A stretch of 64,000 bases of DNA from a virus (taxonomy: Duplodnaviria > Caudoviricetes): positions 1,399 to 65,398 of the IMG/VR virus record IMGVR_UViG_2744054855_000002. One strand, given 5' to 3'. Each line of letters starts with the position of its first letter. Within the stretch, counting starts at the first letter, position 1. The position numbers and the translations under genes were made by a program. This document shows, one piece after another, positions 7,567 to 17,819 of the stretch. Under the pieces are notes generated by a model that saw only the letters and a list, made by a program, of their open reading frames with translations, ran no database searches and was not told the DNA's origin.

Positions 7567-8102
7567 GCCGCCATCTCCCCGCCGCAGGCGCTGAACATCG
7601 CAAGCAGCTGATCTTGTGGCTTGGCCTCGACCGCCCTCTCCGCTTCGTAGATGCCCAGCAGCGCGGCCAGCTTGTGCTCGCGCTGGCCATAGCCAGCACC
7701 GGGCAGACTGGCCCAGATCGGGGCAGCCTTGGCGATCGCTTCGGCAATGCGGCCGGCCTTGATGAGCGGCAGCGCGCCGCACTCCGTCAGCAACTTGATT
7801 GCAGCCAGGTCCTGGGCCTCGGGAATGAAACGGCCCTTGAAACCATAGTTCTTCACGATGGCGTCCCAGGTGCCGGCGAGGAACTGATACCGGCCGGCAG
7901 CGGAGCTGTAGATGCTGTACTTCGGCAGCCACACCTTCACCTTAGGGTGCTTGCTGTAGTCGCTGAACAGCTTCCCGCCCACCAGGACGTTGTACCCGTC
8001 GTCACTGGCCTTGATAGTCGAAGTGCCTTCGGACCAGGCCAGCATGTCCAGGAAGGCAATCACGTTTACGCCGCCAGCACCCGCGGCAGGAATTCGGGCC
8101 AT
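7563..8102 (-). CDS. endolysin, lambda R-type lysozyme/transglycosylase
   Basis: AFLDMLAWSEGT, SAAGRYQFL and WASLPGAGYGQ motifs. Confidence 0.92.
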   Translation of the reverse strand: MARIPAAGAGGVNVIAFLDMLAWSEGTSTIKASDDGYNVLVGGKLFSDYSKHPKVKVWLPKYSIYSSAAGRYQFLAGTWDAIVKNYGFKGRFIPEAQDLAAIKLLTECGALPLIKAGRIAEAIAKAAPIWASLPGAGYGQREHKLAALLGIYEAERAVEAKPQDQLLAMFSACGGEMAA

Positions 8103-8490
8103 GGTTTTCTCCAGGCAAAAAGAAGCCTGCGCAATGCAGGCGTGAGGTGACTGCGGGCGTCAAGCGACAGGCGCTTCCGGTTCCGGCGCCGGATCGGAGG
8201 CGCGGCGCGGCTTGGCAGCGCCCGCCTCCAGCACGAACTGGGCATGGGTTGTCATTGCGGACACCGCGTGCAGTCATTCGAGTTACTCCAAAGTTGAAAG
8301 TGTGATGAGGCAGGTCTATGCCGATTTCGGCCGTGGACCGTAGGTTTAAGAAGAGCAATCCGCAGCGACACGAAATCGACGAACCTGGCCGTTTAATTTA
8401 CAATCCACCTGCGCCACTTTCTGACCGACAGGACAAGAAAAATTCTAATAACCGGAATTTCTAGCCAGGCACTTTTAGGAGCAAGACCTT

Positions 8491-9543
8491 ATGAAGGATG
8501 TTCACAACCCTCTTCCCGGCGTACCGAAGATTGAATCGCCTTTCTTCAGTAAATTCTTCAATACCGAAGTCGTGGATGCGGAAACCCTGCGAATCGCTCT
8601 GGAGCTCAACACAAGGGGCTATGCAGTTATTGACTTTCCAGATGCTGAAATCTCGAACATGGCTGAAGAGATCAAACAAGATCTCGACAAAGAGTTTGAG
8701 TGGGAAGGCTGGAGAAAATTTGGATTCGAAAACGAGATTTCCCTACGCGTTCAAGACGCCTGGAAGTTCAACAAGAACGTCCACAGAATCGCCACTAACC
8801 CAAAAATTCTTGACTTGCTTTCCCAGTTGTATGGTCGTCGGGCATGGCCCTTCCAAACCTTAAACTTTCCAGTAGGTACGCAGCAGCACTTCCATACTGA
8901 TTCCATTCACTTTAGTTCCATGCCAGAGCGCTTCATGTGTGGTGTCTGGGTCGCATTGGAAGACATCACTATGGAAAGCGGCCCGCTCGTGTACTACCCT
9001 GGCACGCATAAGTGGCCTGTCTATACAAACGAGTTCTTGGGGATCTGTGCCACAGAGCTGGCCGAGCACCCGCATCAAAAAATGTATGAACCGCTCTGGC
9101 GCGAGCTGGTCGAGCACTACAAAGTTGAGCCAGAGCATTTCACCGCCAAGAAAGGTCAGGCGTTGATTTGGACTGCAAACCTGTTGCACGGCGGAAGCAA
9201 GCAGCAAGACCCAAATAAAACCCGCTGGTCTCAAGTAACTCATTACTACTTCGAAAACTGCTCTTACTACTCGCCCTTGTCTTCCGACCCCTTCTACGGA
9301 ACCATCAACTTTAAAAACGTAACCAACCTGATCACTCAGAAACGTACAGAAAATTTGTACTGCGGACATACGATCCCAAAAGAGTTTGTTGATGCAGTTC
9401 GCTACAAAGGCAAAGTAATCGACCCGAACTTCAATTCTGCCGCATACCTCAGAGCCAATCCAGACGTTGCTAAGTCAGGAGTAGATGCAGAATGGCACTG
9501 GGAGAATTACGGCAAGAAAGAAGGCCGTAGCCTGGGCATATAA
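8491..9543 (+). CDS. phytanoyl-CoA dioxygenase-like 2OG-Fe(II) oxygenase, moron
   Basis: HTD and LLHGG iron triad, GPLVYYPGTHK; C-terminal YLRANPDVA...HW..YG.KEGR module; antisense to the late operon, lower GC. Confidence 0.85.
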   Translation: MKDVHNPLPGVPKIESPFFSKFFNTEVVDAETLRIALELNTRGYAVIDFPDAEISNMAEEIKQDLDKEFEWEGWRKFGFENEISLRVQDAWKFNKNVHRIATNPKILDLLSQLYGRRAWPFQTLNFPVGTQQHFHTDSIHFSSMPERFMCGVWVALEDITMESGPLVYYPGTHKWPVYTNEFLGICATELAEHPHQKMYEPLWRELVEHYKVEPEHFTAKKGQALIWTANLLHGGSKQQDPNKTRWSQVTHYYFENCSYYSPLSSDPFYGTINFKNVTNLITQKRTENLYCGHTIPKEFVDAVRYKGKVIDPNFNSAAYLRANPDVAKSGVDAEWHWENYGKKEGRSLGI

Positions 9544-9550
9544 GCAGGAG

Positions 9551-9587
9551 CATGTAGGCGCCCCGCGTTAATCGAGGCGCCTACATG
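9551..9587. terminator. hairpin between convergent genes
   Basis: CATGTAGGCGCC...GGCGCCTACATG. Confidence 0.6.
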
Positions 9588-9612
9588 TGCAATTCCAAGA
9601 TCTTGAAATTTA

Positions 9613-9837
9613 CTATGCAGTTTGCGCTTCAGGCTCCGGTACTGGCTCTGCCGGATCTTTCGCGCTGATGGAGACCTTGGCGGTGTAGTCCTTCAGCACC
9701 TGCGCGACACAGACCTGGGCGGCCGGGAACTGGGTCAGGATCTCGCGGGCCCGGGCGTCAGCCTCCTCTTGGGTGGCGTAGCGGGTTTTGTTGGCAACTT
9801 CGTAGTCATTGCTCAGGTTGATGGCGACAAATGGCAT
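9613..9837 (-). CDS. small tail-associated hypothetical protein
   Basis: GGAGA RBS; downstream of the tail-tip genes. Confidence 0.7.
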   Translation of the reverse strand: MPFVAINLSNDYEVANKTRYATQEEADARAREILTQFPAAQVCVAQVLKDYTAKVSISAKDPAEPVPEPEAQTA

Positions 9838-9896
9838 AGGTTTTCTCCAGATAAAAATAAGCCCGCTCGACGGCGGGCATTGGGTAGGTGTTGCGT

Positions 9897-10256
9897 TCAG
9901 GTTTTAGGGTGTTGCTGCTTGACCCGTTGCAGGGTCGTGTAGAAGGGTTCGGCCTTGGGCATCGCCCCTTGGTCCATGGCGTGCCAGAGCATGTCCAACT
10001 GCTCTTCAATGGGCGGGTAACCGTCCCGGCGCGCCAGGTCGTAACTCACATCGGGCGTGTAGAGCTCGAACTCGCCGTTGATGTATTTGAAGCGGCCCTG
10101 TGGGGCCGTCCCCAAGTGAAGCCGGCCACCTTGGGCGTGGTCATTCAGATGCAGGCGCTGGGAAGTGCCCGTCTGAATGACCACGCCCTGCTGGTCGGTA
10201 ACGAAATAAGAGACGACCTCATACGGGTCGTCCCCGTCCACGGTAGAACTGTTCAT
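9897..10256 (-). CDS. tail fibre assembly/chaperone-like protein
   Basis: RRDGYPPIEEQLDMLWHAMD...VKQQHPK; ATGA overlap with the tail-tip gene. Confidence 0.7.
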   Translation of the reverse strand: MNSSTVDGDDPYEVVSYFVTDQQGVVIQTGTSQRLHLNDHAQGGRLHLGTAPQGRFKYINGEFELYTPDVSYDLARRDGYPPIEEQLDMLWHAMDQGAMPKAEPFYTTLQRVKQQHPKT

Positions 10257-13200
10257 CGTTTGCATACCACCGCAAGAATCGAGGCGCCGTTAGTGTTGCC
10301 GCCGTGGTTTGAGGAAAGGGTGTAGGTGTGCGTACCTGGCCCCGGGTAATCCATCACACCGCGACTTGCCAGCGTTGAATTCTGGGGCCGCTCCGTCCAG
10401 AGCAGGACGCCGTTACGGGTCATGCTGATATCCGACTGATAGGTTTGCGTCAGGGACCCCAGCAGGAACACTGGATAGTTGCCATCCAACGTTACCGTCA
10501 CGCTAACCGTGCTGGACCCTGCGAAGGCGCCCACCGGGATCGTCACCGCATTGCCACGGATACGCAGCGTGTCCACCTCCGCATCCCCAATCTTGGCCGA
10601 CGTAATGGCAGCGTTGGCGATCTTGGCGTTCGTTATGCTGGCATCGCGGATGTACGCGTCACTGATAAACGTCTGGTTGCCATATACGGCAAACGGGCTT
10701 GAGATCGCATCCCCTGACGGATTGAGAATCGCAAAACGTCCTGCGAGGATCGCAAACGTCGACTGCACAGCACCCTTGGAGTTGTCGATGCTCAGGCCGA
10801 ACCCAGCGACGTGCCGGATGCCGTTGGCAGTGATCTGAACCTTGACCACTTCCGAGGCGTTCGCCACGCCATTGAGCTGGTTGAGCGTCGTGCTGACTCG
10901 CTGTACAGATGCAGTCGTCTCCCCCAAAGTCGCCTGCGTGGTCTGTAGCTGCTGGCTCAGCGCCGAGTCGGCGTTGGTCCGTGCCGTGATCTCGTTCTGG
11001 ATTGCTGCCTGGGCGTTGCCCACCGACGTGTACAGCCCGTCGATACGCTGCGCCTCGGCTGTCAGCTTGTCGCCCTGCTGGGTGACCGTCGAGGTCAGCG
11101 ACTCGACCACGCGGCTCGAAGCTGATGGGCCTACCCGACCCACTGCGATCCAGTCCACGTCCCATACAGAGTCGAGGTCATTGGCGAAGTTAAACCGCAA
11201 CCGACCAATCTGACTTTCAATCCAGTTCGTGCCGCCAGCAACCAAATTGGTCATGTCCCACTCAACAACAGCAGACTGACCCACCGCGATGTTCGGATTT
11301 GGAGCAGTGGCCCTGTAGTTGCTCGAAATTCCATGGTTGACCGTCGCGTAGTACAGACTGCCAGTCCATGCGGTGGCTGCGCCTCCACGTCGCGTCAGCC
11401 CCACCCGCACCTTGGTGTATTGAGCACCCGGGATGCTGAGGCTGAGCGCACCGCTGCTGCTGAGCAGTTGCGGGTCATTACTGGTCGGTGTCAGGCGAAG
11501 AGATCCGCCAGACGATGCAATATTAGCGTTGATGCTTACCCACCCCTCAGCGCCGGCATCAAACTGCCAGTAGGCGCCGGGAGCGGGATCAAGACCGGAT
11601 GCGCCCAAACCGCTCTGGATTGCACCGACGTTGTTGCTCAAGTCGATCAGGCTCGCGGACTGGCTGGTATTCACCCCCTCAGCCGCAGCAACACGGTTGG
11701 TAAGGGTTTGCAGCGCGGATGCCTCGGCTTTGGTGGCAACCTGAGTGAGCGCCGACTGAGCAGCGGCCGCAGCATCGATCGCCGCCTTATCGGTGACCGC
11801 CACCCAGGCGCTGCCGCTCCACCGTTTCGGCGTGTTGGCGTTGTTGGTGGTGTCGATCCACAAGTTCTGGGCTAGGCGATCCGCCACCGCCGGTGCGGCA
11901 GACTGGTAAAGCACCTTGCCCTTGGCCCCTGCCGAATCGGCTGCCGCTTGTGCCGCCTGCTGCGCGGTCGTGACGTTTTGGTTGGTCACGGTCAGGCTGT
12001 TGTCCATGGCCGTGATCGCCTGGCCCTGCGAGGTCAGCTTGCCCTCGGCATCGGTCACCCGCGAATTAATGCCCTGGACAACTGAGGAGTCGGCTTTGGT
12101 CTGTGCTACCGATAACGCATTCGCTGCAGCGGCCGCAGCATCGGTAGCCGCCTTGTCCGTGACCGCCACCCAGGCAGTGCCGCTCCAGCGCTTGGGGGTG
12201 TTGGCATTGCTGGCCGTGTCGATCCACAGGTTTTGTGCCAGTCGATCCGCCACGGCCGGCGCCGTCGCCTGAATGATCACCTTGCCCTTGCCGCCCGCCA
12301 GGGTGTTCGCCGCATCAGCAGCCTGCTGGGCGGTGGCCACGTTCTGGTTGGTGGTGGTCAGGCTGTTTTCCAGGGTAGTTGTCCGGGTGCTTACGCCAGA
12401 CAAATTACCGGCCTGCTGCGAGACAGCTGAACTCAGCGAGTCCACTGCCTGCGAGGTGGCTGCTTGCTGCGCGGCAACTGAGCCGACACTGTTATTCAGG
12501 TCAGTCAGCTGCTTGGAAGCGCTGGAAAGCCCTTGCTCGTTCTGGCTGACCTTGGTCGTGAGCGCAGAGGTCGCAGCCGCATTAGCGTCCACTTGTGCCT
12601 GCTCGGTCACATCCTCAATGTCGAAGAAATCAAAGATGGCCTGCCCGCCCATGCTGTCGTAACCCGCGATGAGCATGGGCGAGAACCAGGCCGTCCCTTC
12701 CTTCAGTCGCTTCGGGTCTGCCAGCGTGCCCGAACCGGCTCCACCACCTTCGCTGCCGGTGGTATGGCCTTTCACATAGGTCTCGGCGGTCAGCCATTCG
12801 CCCTGAGGGATTTTGCGGTTGGTTAAAACCACATAGTGCGAAGATCCCACGCTGTTCGCACCAGTTGTGGCAATGCGCGTAATACCGTCCTCTGCAAAGC
12901 AGTCAACGCCGGCATATGTACCAGGCGACCCCGCGCCCATCAGGACCTGTTGCACGCGCACGGTCAGCTTGTACAGTCGCGAAGGATCAAACCTGAGCTT
13001 GCGCGTGGAAGCGCCCCACCAGGTCTTGTTGGCAGCCCCGCCACTCACGACCAAGGCCGCCCCCCGAGTGATGCCGGCAGGCGTTCCGTACGAAATAGTG
13101 GAACCTACGCCGCTGTTGGTCGATACCCACTGATCCATGGACATGTCTGAGAACACGCTTTGGTAGACCTTGGTGGGCGAGTTATCCAACGCGCGCCCAA

Positions 13201-16200
13201 TGGTGCTACCCAGCGACACCACGTTGTTGCTGGTGGCAGTCAGGTCTCGTCCTTGCTGATCCACCTTGCTGTTCAGCGACTGCACCGCACTGGCATCGGC
13301 CTTCTTGGCCACTTCTGACAGGGCGGCGGCCGCCGCTGCCGCCGCCTCGGTAGCGACCTTATCAGTCACCGCTGCCCAGGCGTTGCCAGTCCAACGCTTT
13401 GGCGTGTTGGCGTTGCCCGTGGTGTCGATCCAGAGGTTTTGCACCAAGCGATCTGCCACAGCTGGTTCAGCCGCTTGTACCAGCACCTTGCCTTTGGTAC
13501 CCGCCAGGTCCGAAGCGGCCTGCGCGGCCTGCTGGGCCTTTTCAAGATTCTGGTTGGTGGTGGTCAGGCTATTGCCTAGCTGAGTGGTCTGGCTGCTGAC
13601 CGAGCTCAGTCCCTGCTCGGTCTTCTCCACTCGCCCGGTAAGTGCTGTGGTTGCCATCGCCCCTGCATCGATCTGAGCCTGCTCGGTCGCGTCCTCGATG
13701 TCGAACAGGTCGACCACCAGCCTGCCGCCCATACCGTTGTAGCCGGCGATGACCAGAGGCGAGAGCCATGCCACTCCGGTCTTGAGTCGCTTGGGGTCGG
13801 TAAAGGTGCCTGCCCCAGACCCACCGTCTTCGCCCGCAGCCGAATAACCTTTCACATAGGCTTCGACGGTTACCCACTCCCCTACCGAGAGCTGCCGGCT
13901 GTTCATCAGCACGTAATGAGCAGAGCCGATGCCTGTCCCACCGGCAGTCGTCACGCGAGTAGCGCCATCCTCGGCGAAGCAGTCCAGGCCCAGATACGTC
14001 AACGGGGCACCGGCGCCGGAGGATACCTGCTGAACCCGCGCCGTCAGCTTGTACAGGCGGGATGGATCGAAACGAATCTTGCGGGTCGAGGCGCCCCACC
14101 AAGTGGCGTTGCCCGTGCCGCCGTTCAGGATCAATGCAGCGCCCCGAGTGATGCCTGCCGAAGTGCCAAAGCTTGCCACCGCACCGGCACCGCTGTTGGT
14201 CGATACCCACTGGTCTGCCGAGAGGTCCGAAAACACGCTCTGGTAGACCTTCGTCGGCGAGTTGTCTTGGCCGGCCAGCAGTTTCGTGTCGATTCGAGTC
14301 AGCGCCTGACCTTGGGCGGTCTGGTTCTGGCCTTGGGTCTTCACATCATTGCTCAGGGCTTGGACGGTGGCTGCTTCAGCCTTCTTGCTCACGCTGTCGG
14401 TCAGCGAGATCAGGGCCTGGCTCTGCGAAGTAAGCTGCTGGTCTTGTACCGCATCCTTTTGCTCGGTGTCCGTGACGCGGTTGCTGACCTGCTGCAACGA
14501 CTGAGAACTGGCCTTGCCGTCGATGCTGGTCTGCATCCCATCCATGCGGGTGGCCTGAGACGACAGCTTACCCTCGGCCTCACTGACCCGGGTTGCCACG
14601 CTGTTGACCACGGTGGCATCGGCCTTCAGGGCGACCTGAGACAGCGCCGACTGGGCGGCGGCCGCCGCATCGGAAGCCGCCTTGTCCGTGACCGCCACCC
14701 AGGTGGTACCGTTCCAGCGCTTCGGCGTGTTGGCGTTGCCCGTGGTATCAATCCACAGGTTCTGCGCCAAACGGTCAGCAACGGCCGGGGCCGCTGCCTG
14801 AACGATCACCTTGCCCTTGCCACCCGCCAGCGTGTTTGCCGCATCTGCGGCCTGCTGGGCGGCGGTCACGTTCTGGTTGGTTGCCGTCAGCCCTGACTGC
14901 AACCCGCCGATCTGCGACGCCTGGGCCGTGCTCTTGCCGTCCAGCGTGAACACGTCGGTTTCGACCTTCGACACGCGCGAAGCTGTGCCGGCCGCCGTGA
15001 CAATGGCCTGGCCAACGTCGGTCCAATAGGTCGCGTTCGGTGGCGGAGTGTTCTTCGGTACCGCTTTCAGCGCCTGATACAGCTTGCCGTCAGCACCCAG
15101 CACCCCCTGATTGGTGGTGTAGGTCTTGTCCTTGTTGTACGGCAACGAGCCGGCCAGTACAGATACCGAGTCGATTTTCTGCTGCAGGTCGGCCTTGGCA
15201 GCGTCAACCTCCCCATCCACCACGGCGATCTGCTGCTCGAGGGCAGATTTAGCGTCCGCGACATTCTGGTTTGTAGCAGTAATCTGCTGCTCCAGGTTGC
15301 CCTTGGCGGTGGCCAGCGCGTTGTTGACCTCGCTGATTTGCTGAGCCAGCTCGGTCTTGGCGGAACCCACTCGCTCGTTCACCGACCCAGGGCCATTGCC
15401 ATCGATAAGGTCGATCTTCTCGGTGAGTTGCTGGCCAAGGTGGCTTTCGAGGATCTCGCCCTTGATCACCTCGAGCATCTGCGTGGGGTCATCGGACGTT
15501 GCGGCAGCCACGTACAGGAAATCGCTCTTCCCATAAGCGTTGGCCGAACGCACGTAGTAGAAGTACTGCTTGGCAAACGCCAACCCCGTGTGGGTGAAGG
15601 TCAGTCCCTGCCCCAGGTACACGGCATCAGCGATGGGCGTTTGGGGGTTGGTCGCATGGAAGTATTCGTACGTCCCGCCGTTCAGGCTGTTCTGCCGGTT
15701 GACCGGTACCAGGGTGATGCTGTCCACCGAGGCGAAATAATCGCAACTCTCTGGCACGGGCGGACCGCCCACGTTCACGTTGATGCTCGCCTCGCCCGAT
15801 CGGGTACCCGGGCCGAAGGCAACGACGCTCATGGCATAGGTGCCGGAGGCCAGGCCATTGATGTTGCAGCTTACGGCCTCCCCGCCCACCTTGAGCGACT
15901 GGACGACCTCAGTGCCCTTGCGGATCGTCACGGTGTAGCTCAGCACGGTCTGCGCCGGGGACACCCAGCTGAGAACGCCTTGGATGATCTCGGCCACGCT
16001 GCTGGGCGTCCACGCCAGGCCGGTGACTGCAGCCAGGCCGCCCACGGGCAGGTTGATGAACCCCAGCGGGTCGTAGGGCTGGCCCACAGCATCATCAAAG
16101 ATGGCCTGCTCGTAGGGCTTGAGGGTCACTTTGCAGGCATCGGCAGCGCCCATGGTCCACTCCGTGACCATGAACTCGCCCAGAATGTTCAGCGAAGGCA

Positions 16201-17416
16201 GATCGACCTTGACTGCACGCCCCGGGCGGCAGTTGTAGCCGTTGAAGTTCAACGGCATGGATACAGAGCCGCCGGAGCGTCGGCGTCGTAGGCTGATGTT
16301 TGCGAGCCGCTGCGCCAGGTAGGCGTCTGTCACATAGGCAAACGACTGCGACTCAGCGAGCTCGCCACCGTCTGCGGTGATCCAGTCCTGAATCGCGACC
16401 TCGGGGTAGTCGGTCTCGGCCCAGGCCTGTGCAGGGTCAACAAACGTCCCGCGCATGGTGTTGATGGCATCGCTGTTACTGACCTCGGTCGTGCCCTCAA
16501 CGGTACCGATCACCATGTCTTCGTTGATGGTGAAGTCGGCCGGCCCATAGTAGGCGCCCACCTGGAGCGACCAGCGCCCGCCGACCCGGATCAAGGTGCC
16601 GGCACAGGCCGACAGCAGGTTGTCCAAAACGGTATTGCGCTTCTCGTCGGCGCCAATGACGGCACCTGCAAAGTAGCGAGGTGTCACTGTGCCGTCCGGC
16701 CCACCAACGGCCTCATCACTGATGTTGGCCGCACTGGCAAAGGACTGGAAGATGATCTCGTCGTCGGGAATGCCACAGCGGTTGCGCAGATACCAGAGGA
16801 TCAGCAGCGCTGTGTTGGCCGAATAGCCGGAGCTCCCGTTGCGGGGGTCATAAATGTCGCGTCGCCCACGAACCACGAAACGCACATCCGGTATGCCCGA
16901 CGGAAACTTCTCGGCGTCGTACTTGAACGACAGCCGGACAAACGACAGGCCCCGACCGATCTGCTCTTGGCGCCAGTCTGGGCAGTTGGCCAAAAGGAAG
17001 GCGTTAACCTGGGCCGGGTCAATGATCACCTCAGACGTGGCATTCTCCCCCAGCTCAGACAGCGGGCGCTCATCTACGTAGATCTGATCGACGCCCGCGA
17101 TGGCCCCCTCAGACAGCACGTAAACGATGTGCAGCCACTCGCCACTGGTCTGGTCGCCAGGCTGCTCCTGAATCCAGGCCAGCACACCACCGGTGCTGGC
17201 CCGACCGAGAATGAAGCGCACCGGGGCCTTGGAGGAGCGGACAGTCTGTGAGCTGGGCTCCGAGCTGCCGGCCCCCGAAACCTTGGCCGCACCGGTCAGG
17301 CCCGCGAAGATACCCTGCACGCCGCCGAACACGTCCTTGAAGGCGCCCACCGGGTCGTAAAGCGCTTTGATGGGCGCAGTGACGAGCTTCACGACTGATT
17401 TGATCGAGCTTCCCAC
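10253..17416 (-). CDS. central tail-tip/host-specificity protein (J-like), 2387 aa, with repeated modules
   Basis: N-terminal J-like region, FN3-like part, internal repeats, C-terminal DUF1983-like region. Confidence 0.9.
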   Translation of the reverse strand: MGSSIKSVVKLVTAPIKALYDPVGAFKDVFGGVQGIFAGLTGAAKVSGAGSSEPSSQTVRSSKAPVRFILGRASTGGVLAWIQEQPGDQTSGEWLHIVYVLSEGAIAGVDQIYVDERPLSELGENATSEVIIDPAQVNAFLLANCPDWRQEQIGRGLSFVRLSFKYDAEKFPSGIPDVRFVVRGRRDIYDPRNGSSGYSANTALLILWYLRNRCGIPDDEIIFQSFASAANISDEAVGGPDGTVTPRYFAGAVIGADEKRNTVLDNLLSACAGTLIRVGGRWSLQVGAYYGPADFTINEDMVIGTVEGTTEVSNSDAINTMRGTFVDPAQAWAETDYPEVAIQDWITADGGELAESQSFAYVTDAYLAQRLANISLRRRRSGGSVSMPLNFNGYNCRPGRAVKVDLPSLNILGEFMVTEWTMGAADACKVTLKPYEQAIFDDAVGQPYDPLGFINLPVGGLAAVTGLAWTPSSVAEIIQGVLSWVSPAQTVLSYTVTIRKGTEVVQSLKVGGEAVSCNINGLASGTYAMSVVAFGPGTRSGEASINVNVGGPPVPESCDYFASVDSITLVPVNRQNSLNGGTYEYFHATNPQTPIADAVYLGQGLTFTHTGLAFAKQYFYYVRSANAYGKSDFLYVAAATSDDPTQMLEVIKGEILESHLGQQLTEKIDLIDGNGPGSVNERVGSAKTELAQQISEVNNALATAKGNLEQQITATNQNVADAKSALEQQIAVVDGEVDAAKADLQQKIDSVSVLAGSLPYNKDKTYTTNQGVLGADGKLYQALKAVPKNTPPPNATYWTDVGQAIVTAAGTASRVSKVETDVFTLDGKSTAQASQIGGLQSGLTATNQNVTAAQQAADAANTLAGGKGKVIVQAAAPAVADRLAQNLWIDTTGNANTPKRWNGTTWVAVTDKAASDAAAAAQSALSQVALKADATVVNSVATRVSEAEGKLSSQATRMDGMQTSIDGKASSQSLQQVSNRVTDTEQKDAVQDQQLTSQSQALISLTDSVSKKAEAATVQALSNDVKTQGQNQTAQGQALTRIDTKLLAGQDNSPTKVYQSVFSDLSADQWVSTNSGAGAVASFGTSAGITRGAALILNGGTGNATWWGASTRKIRFDPSRLYKLTARVQQVSSGAGAPLTYLGLDCFAEDGATRVTTAGGTGIGSAHYVLMNSRQLSVGEWVTVEAYVKGYSAAGEDGGSGAGTFTDPKRLKTGVAWLSPLVIAGYNGMGGRLVVDLFDIEDATEQAQIDAGAMATTALTGRVEKTEQGLSSVSSQTTQLGNSLTTTNQNLEKAQQAAQAASDLAGTKGKVLVQAAEPAVADRLVQNLWIDTTGNANTPKRWTGNAWAAVTDKVATEAAAAAAAALSEVAKKADASAVQSLNSKVDQQGRDLTATSNNVVSLGSTIGRALDNSPTKVYQSVFSDMSMDQWVSTNSGVGSTISYGTPAGITRGAALVVSGGAANKTWWGASTRKLRFDPSRLYKLTVRVQQVLMGAGSPGTYAGVDCFAEDGITRIATTGANSVGSSHYVVLTNRKIPQGEWLTAETYVKGHTTGSEGGGAGSGTLADPKRLKEGTAWFSPMLIAGYDSMGGQAIFDFFDIEDVTEQAQVDANAAATSALTTKVSQNEQGLSSASKQLTDLNNSVGSVAAQQAATSQAVDSLSSAVSQQAGNLSGVSTRTTTLENSLTTTNQNVATAQQAADAANTLAGGKGKVIIQATAPAVADRLAQNLWIDTASNANTPKRWSGTAWVAVTDKAATDAAAAAANALSVAQTKADSSVVQGINSRVTDAEGKLTSQGQAITAMDNSLTVTNQNVTTAQQAAQAAADSAGAKGKVLYQSAAPAVADRLAQNLWIDTTNNANTPKRWSGSAWVAVTDKAAIDAAAAAQSALTQVATKAEASALQTLTNRVAAAEGVNTSQSASLIDLSNNVGAIQSGLGASGLDPAPGAYWQFDAGAEGWVSINANIASSGGSLRLTPTSNDPQLLSSSGALSLSIPGAQYTKVRVGLTRRGGAATAWTGSLYYATVNHGISSNYRATAPNPNIAVGQSAVVEWDMTNLVAGGTNWIESQIGRLRFNFANDLDSVWDVDWIAVGRVGPSASSRVVESLTSTVTQQGDKLTAEAQRIDGLYTSVGNAQAAIQNEITARTNADSALSQQLQTTQATLGETTASVQRVSTTLNQLNGVANASEVVKVQITANGIRHVAGFGLSIDNSKGAVQSTFAILAGRFAILNPSGDAISSPFAVYGNQTFISDAYIRDASITNAKIANAAITSAKIGDAEVDTLRIRGNAVTIPVGAFAGSSTVSVTVTLDGNYPVFLLGSLTQTYQSDISMTRNGVLLWTERPQNSTLASRGVMDYPGPGTHTYTLSSNHGGNTNGASILAVVCKR
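11720..14885 (-). repeat. intragenic repeats: 4 x ~270 bp (NLWIDT/NTPKRW module) and 2 x ~600 bp (DNSPTKVYQ domain)
   Basis: approximate copies 11720-11995, 12085-12362, 13292-13565, 14615-14885; and 12587-13186, 13668-14266. Confidence 0.9.
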
Positions 17417-17814
17417 TATTCAACTCTCCAGGCCACCAAGGGCTCGCAATCAACGGCTGCAGCACCAGACTCGGTAGCCGCCCAATACCGGCCACTCCAG
17501 AGCACTGCCACGCACTTCCCCGATTCGTTTTCGAACGTGACGATGTCGCCGCGCTGAGCGAACTGCACATCAACCCTTTCGAAGCAGGTGTCCAGCGCCG
17601 CCTCGACCGATCCGTGCGTCGACGCCATCACGCGCTTGGCGCCGATCTCTGTCTTGTACCGCCCGCGGTACTCCTTCGCCGGGTCAACGCCGCAGATCGC
17701 CACCGCGCAGTCCGCTACAAACAGGCAGCAGTCAAATTCGCCCCACAAAAAAGGCCGCTCGAAAGCGGCCTGGATGGTCTCGTGTAGCCTCGTGGGCCAG
17801 TCTCGATAGCGCAT
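17416..17814 (-). CDS. tail-tip NlpC/P60-like protein
   Basis: WGEFDCCLF and RGDIV motifs. Confidence 0.8.
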   Translation of the reverse strand: MRYRDWPTRLHETIQAAFERPFLWGEFDCCLFVADCAVAICGVDPAKEYRGRYKTEIGAKRVMASTHGSVEAALDTCFERVDVQFAQRGDIVTFENESGKCVAVLWSGRYWAATESGAAAVDCEPLVAWRVE

Positions 17815-17819
17815 GGCGT

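Noticed and set aside
7567-7932. Extended 286-aa spanin ORF
   Set aside because: Overlaps the endolysin in another frame; the coupled GTG at 7566 gives a typical i-spanin.
10253-17416. Diversity-generating retroelement or invertible tail-fibre system
   Set aside because: Repeats are direct and in frame; no reverse transcriptase, adenine-specific variation or invertase is visible.
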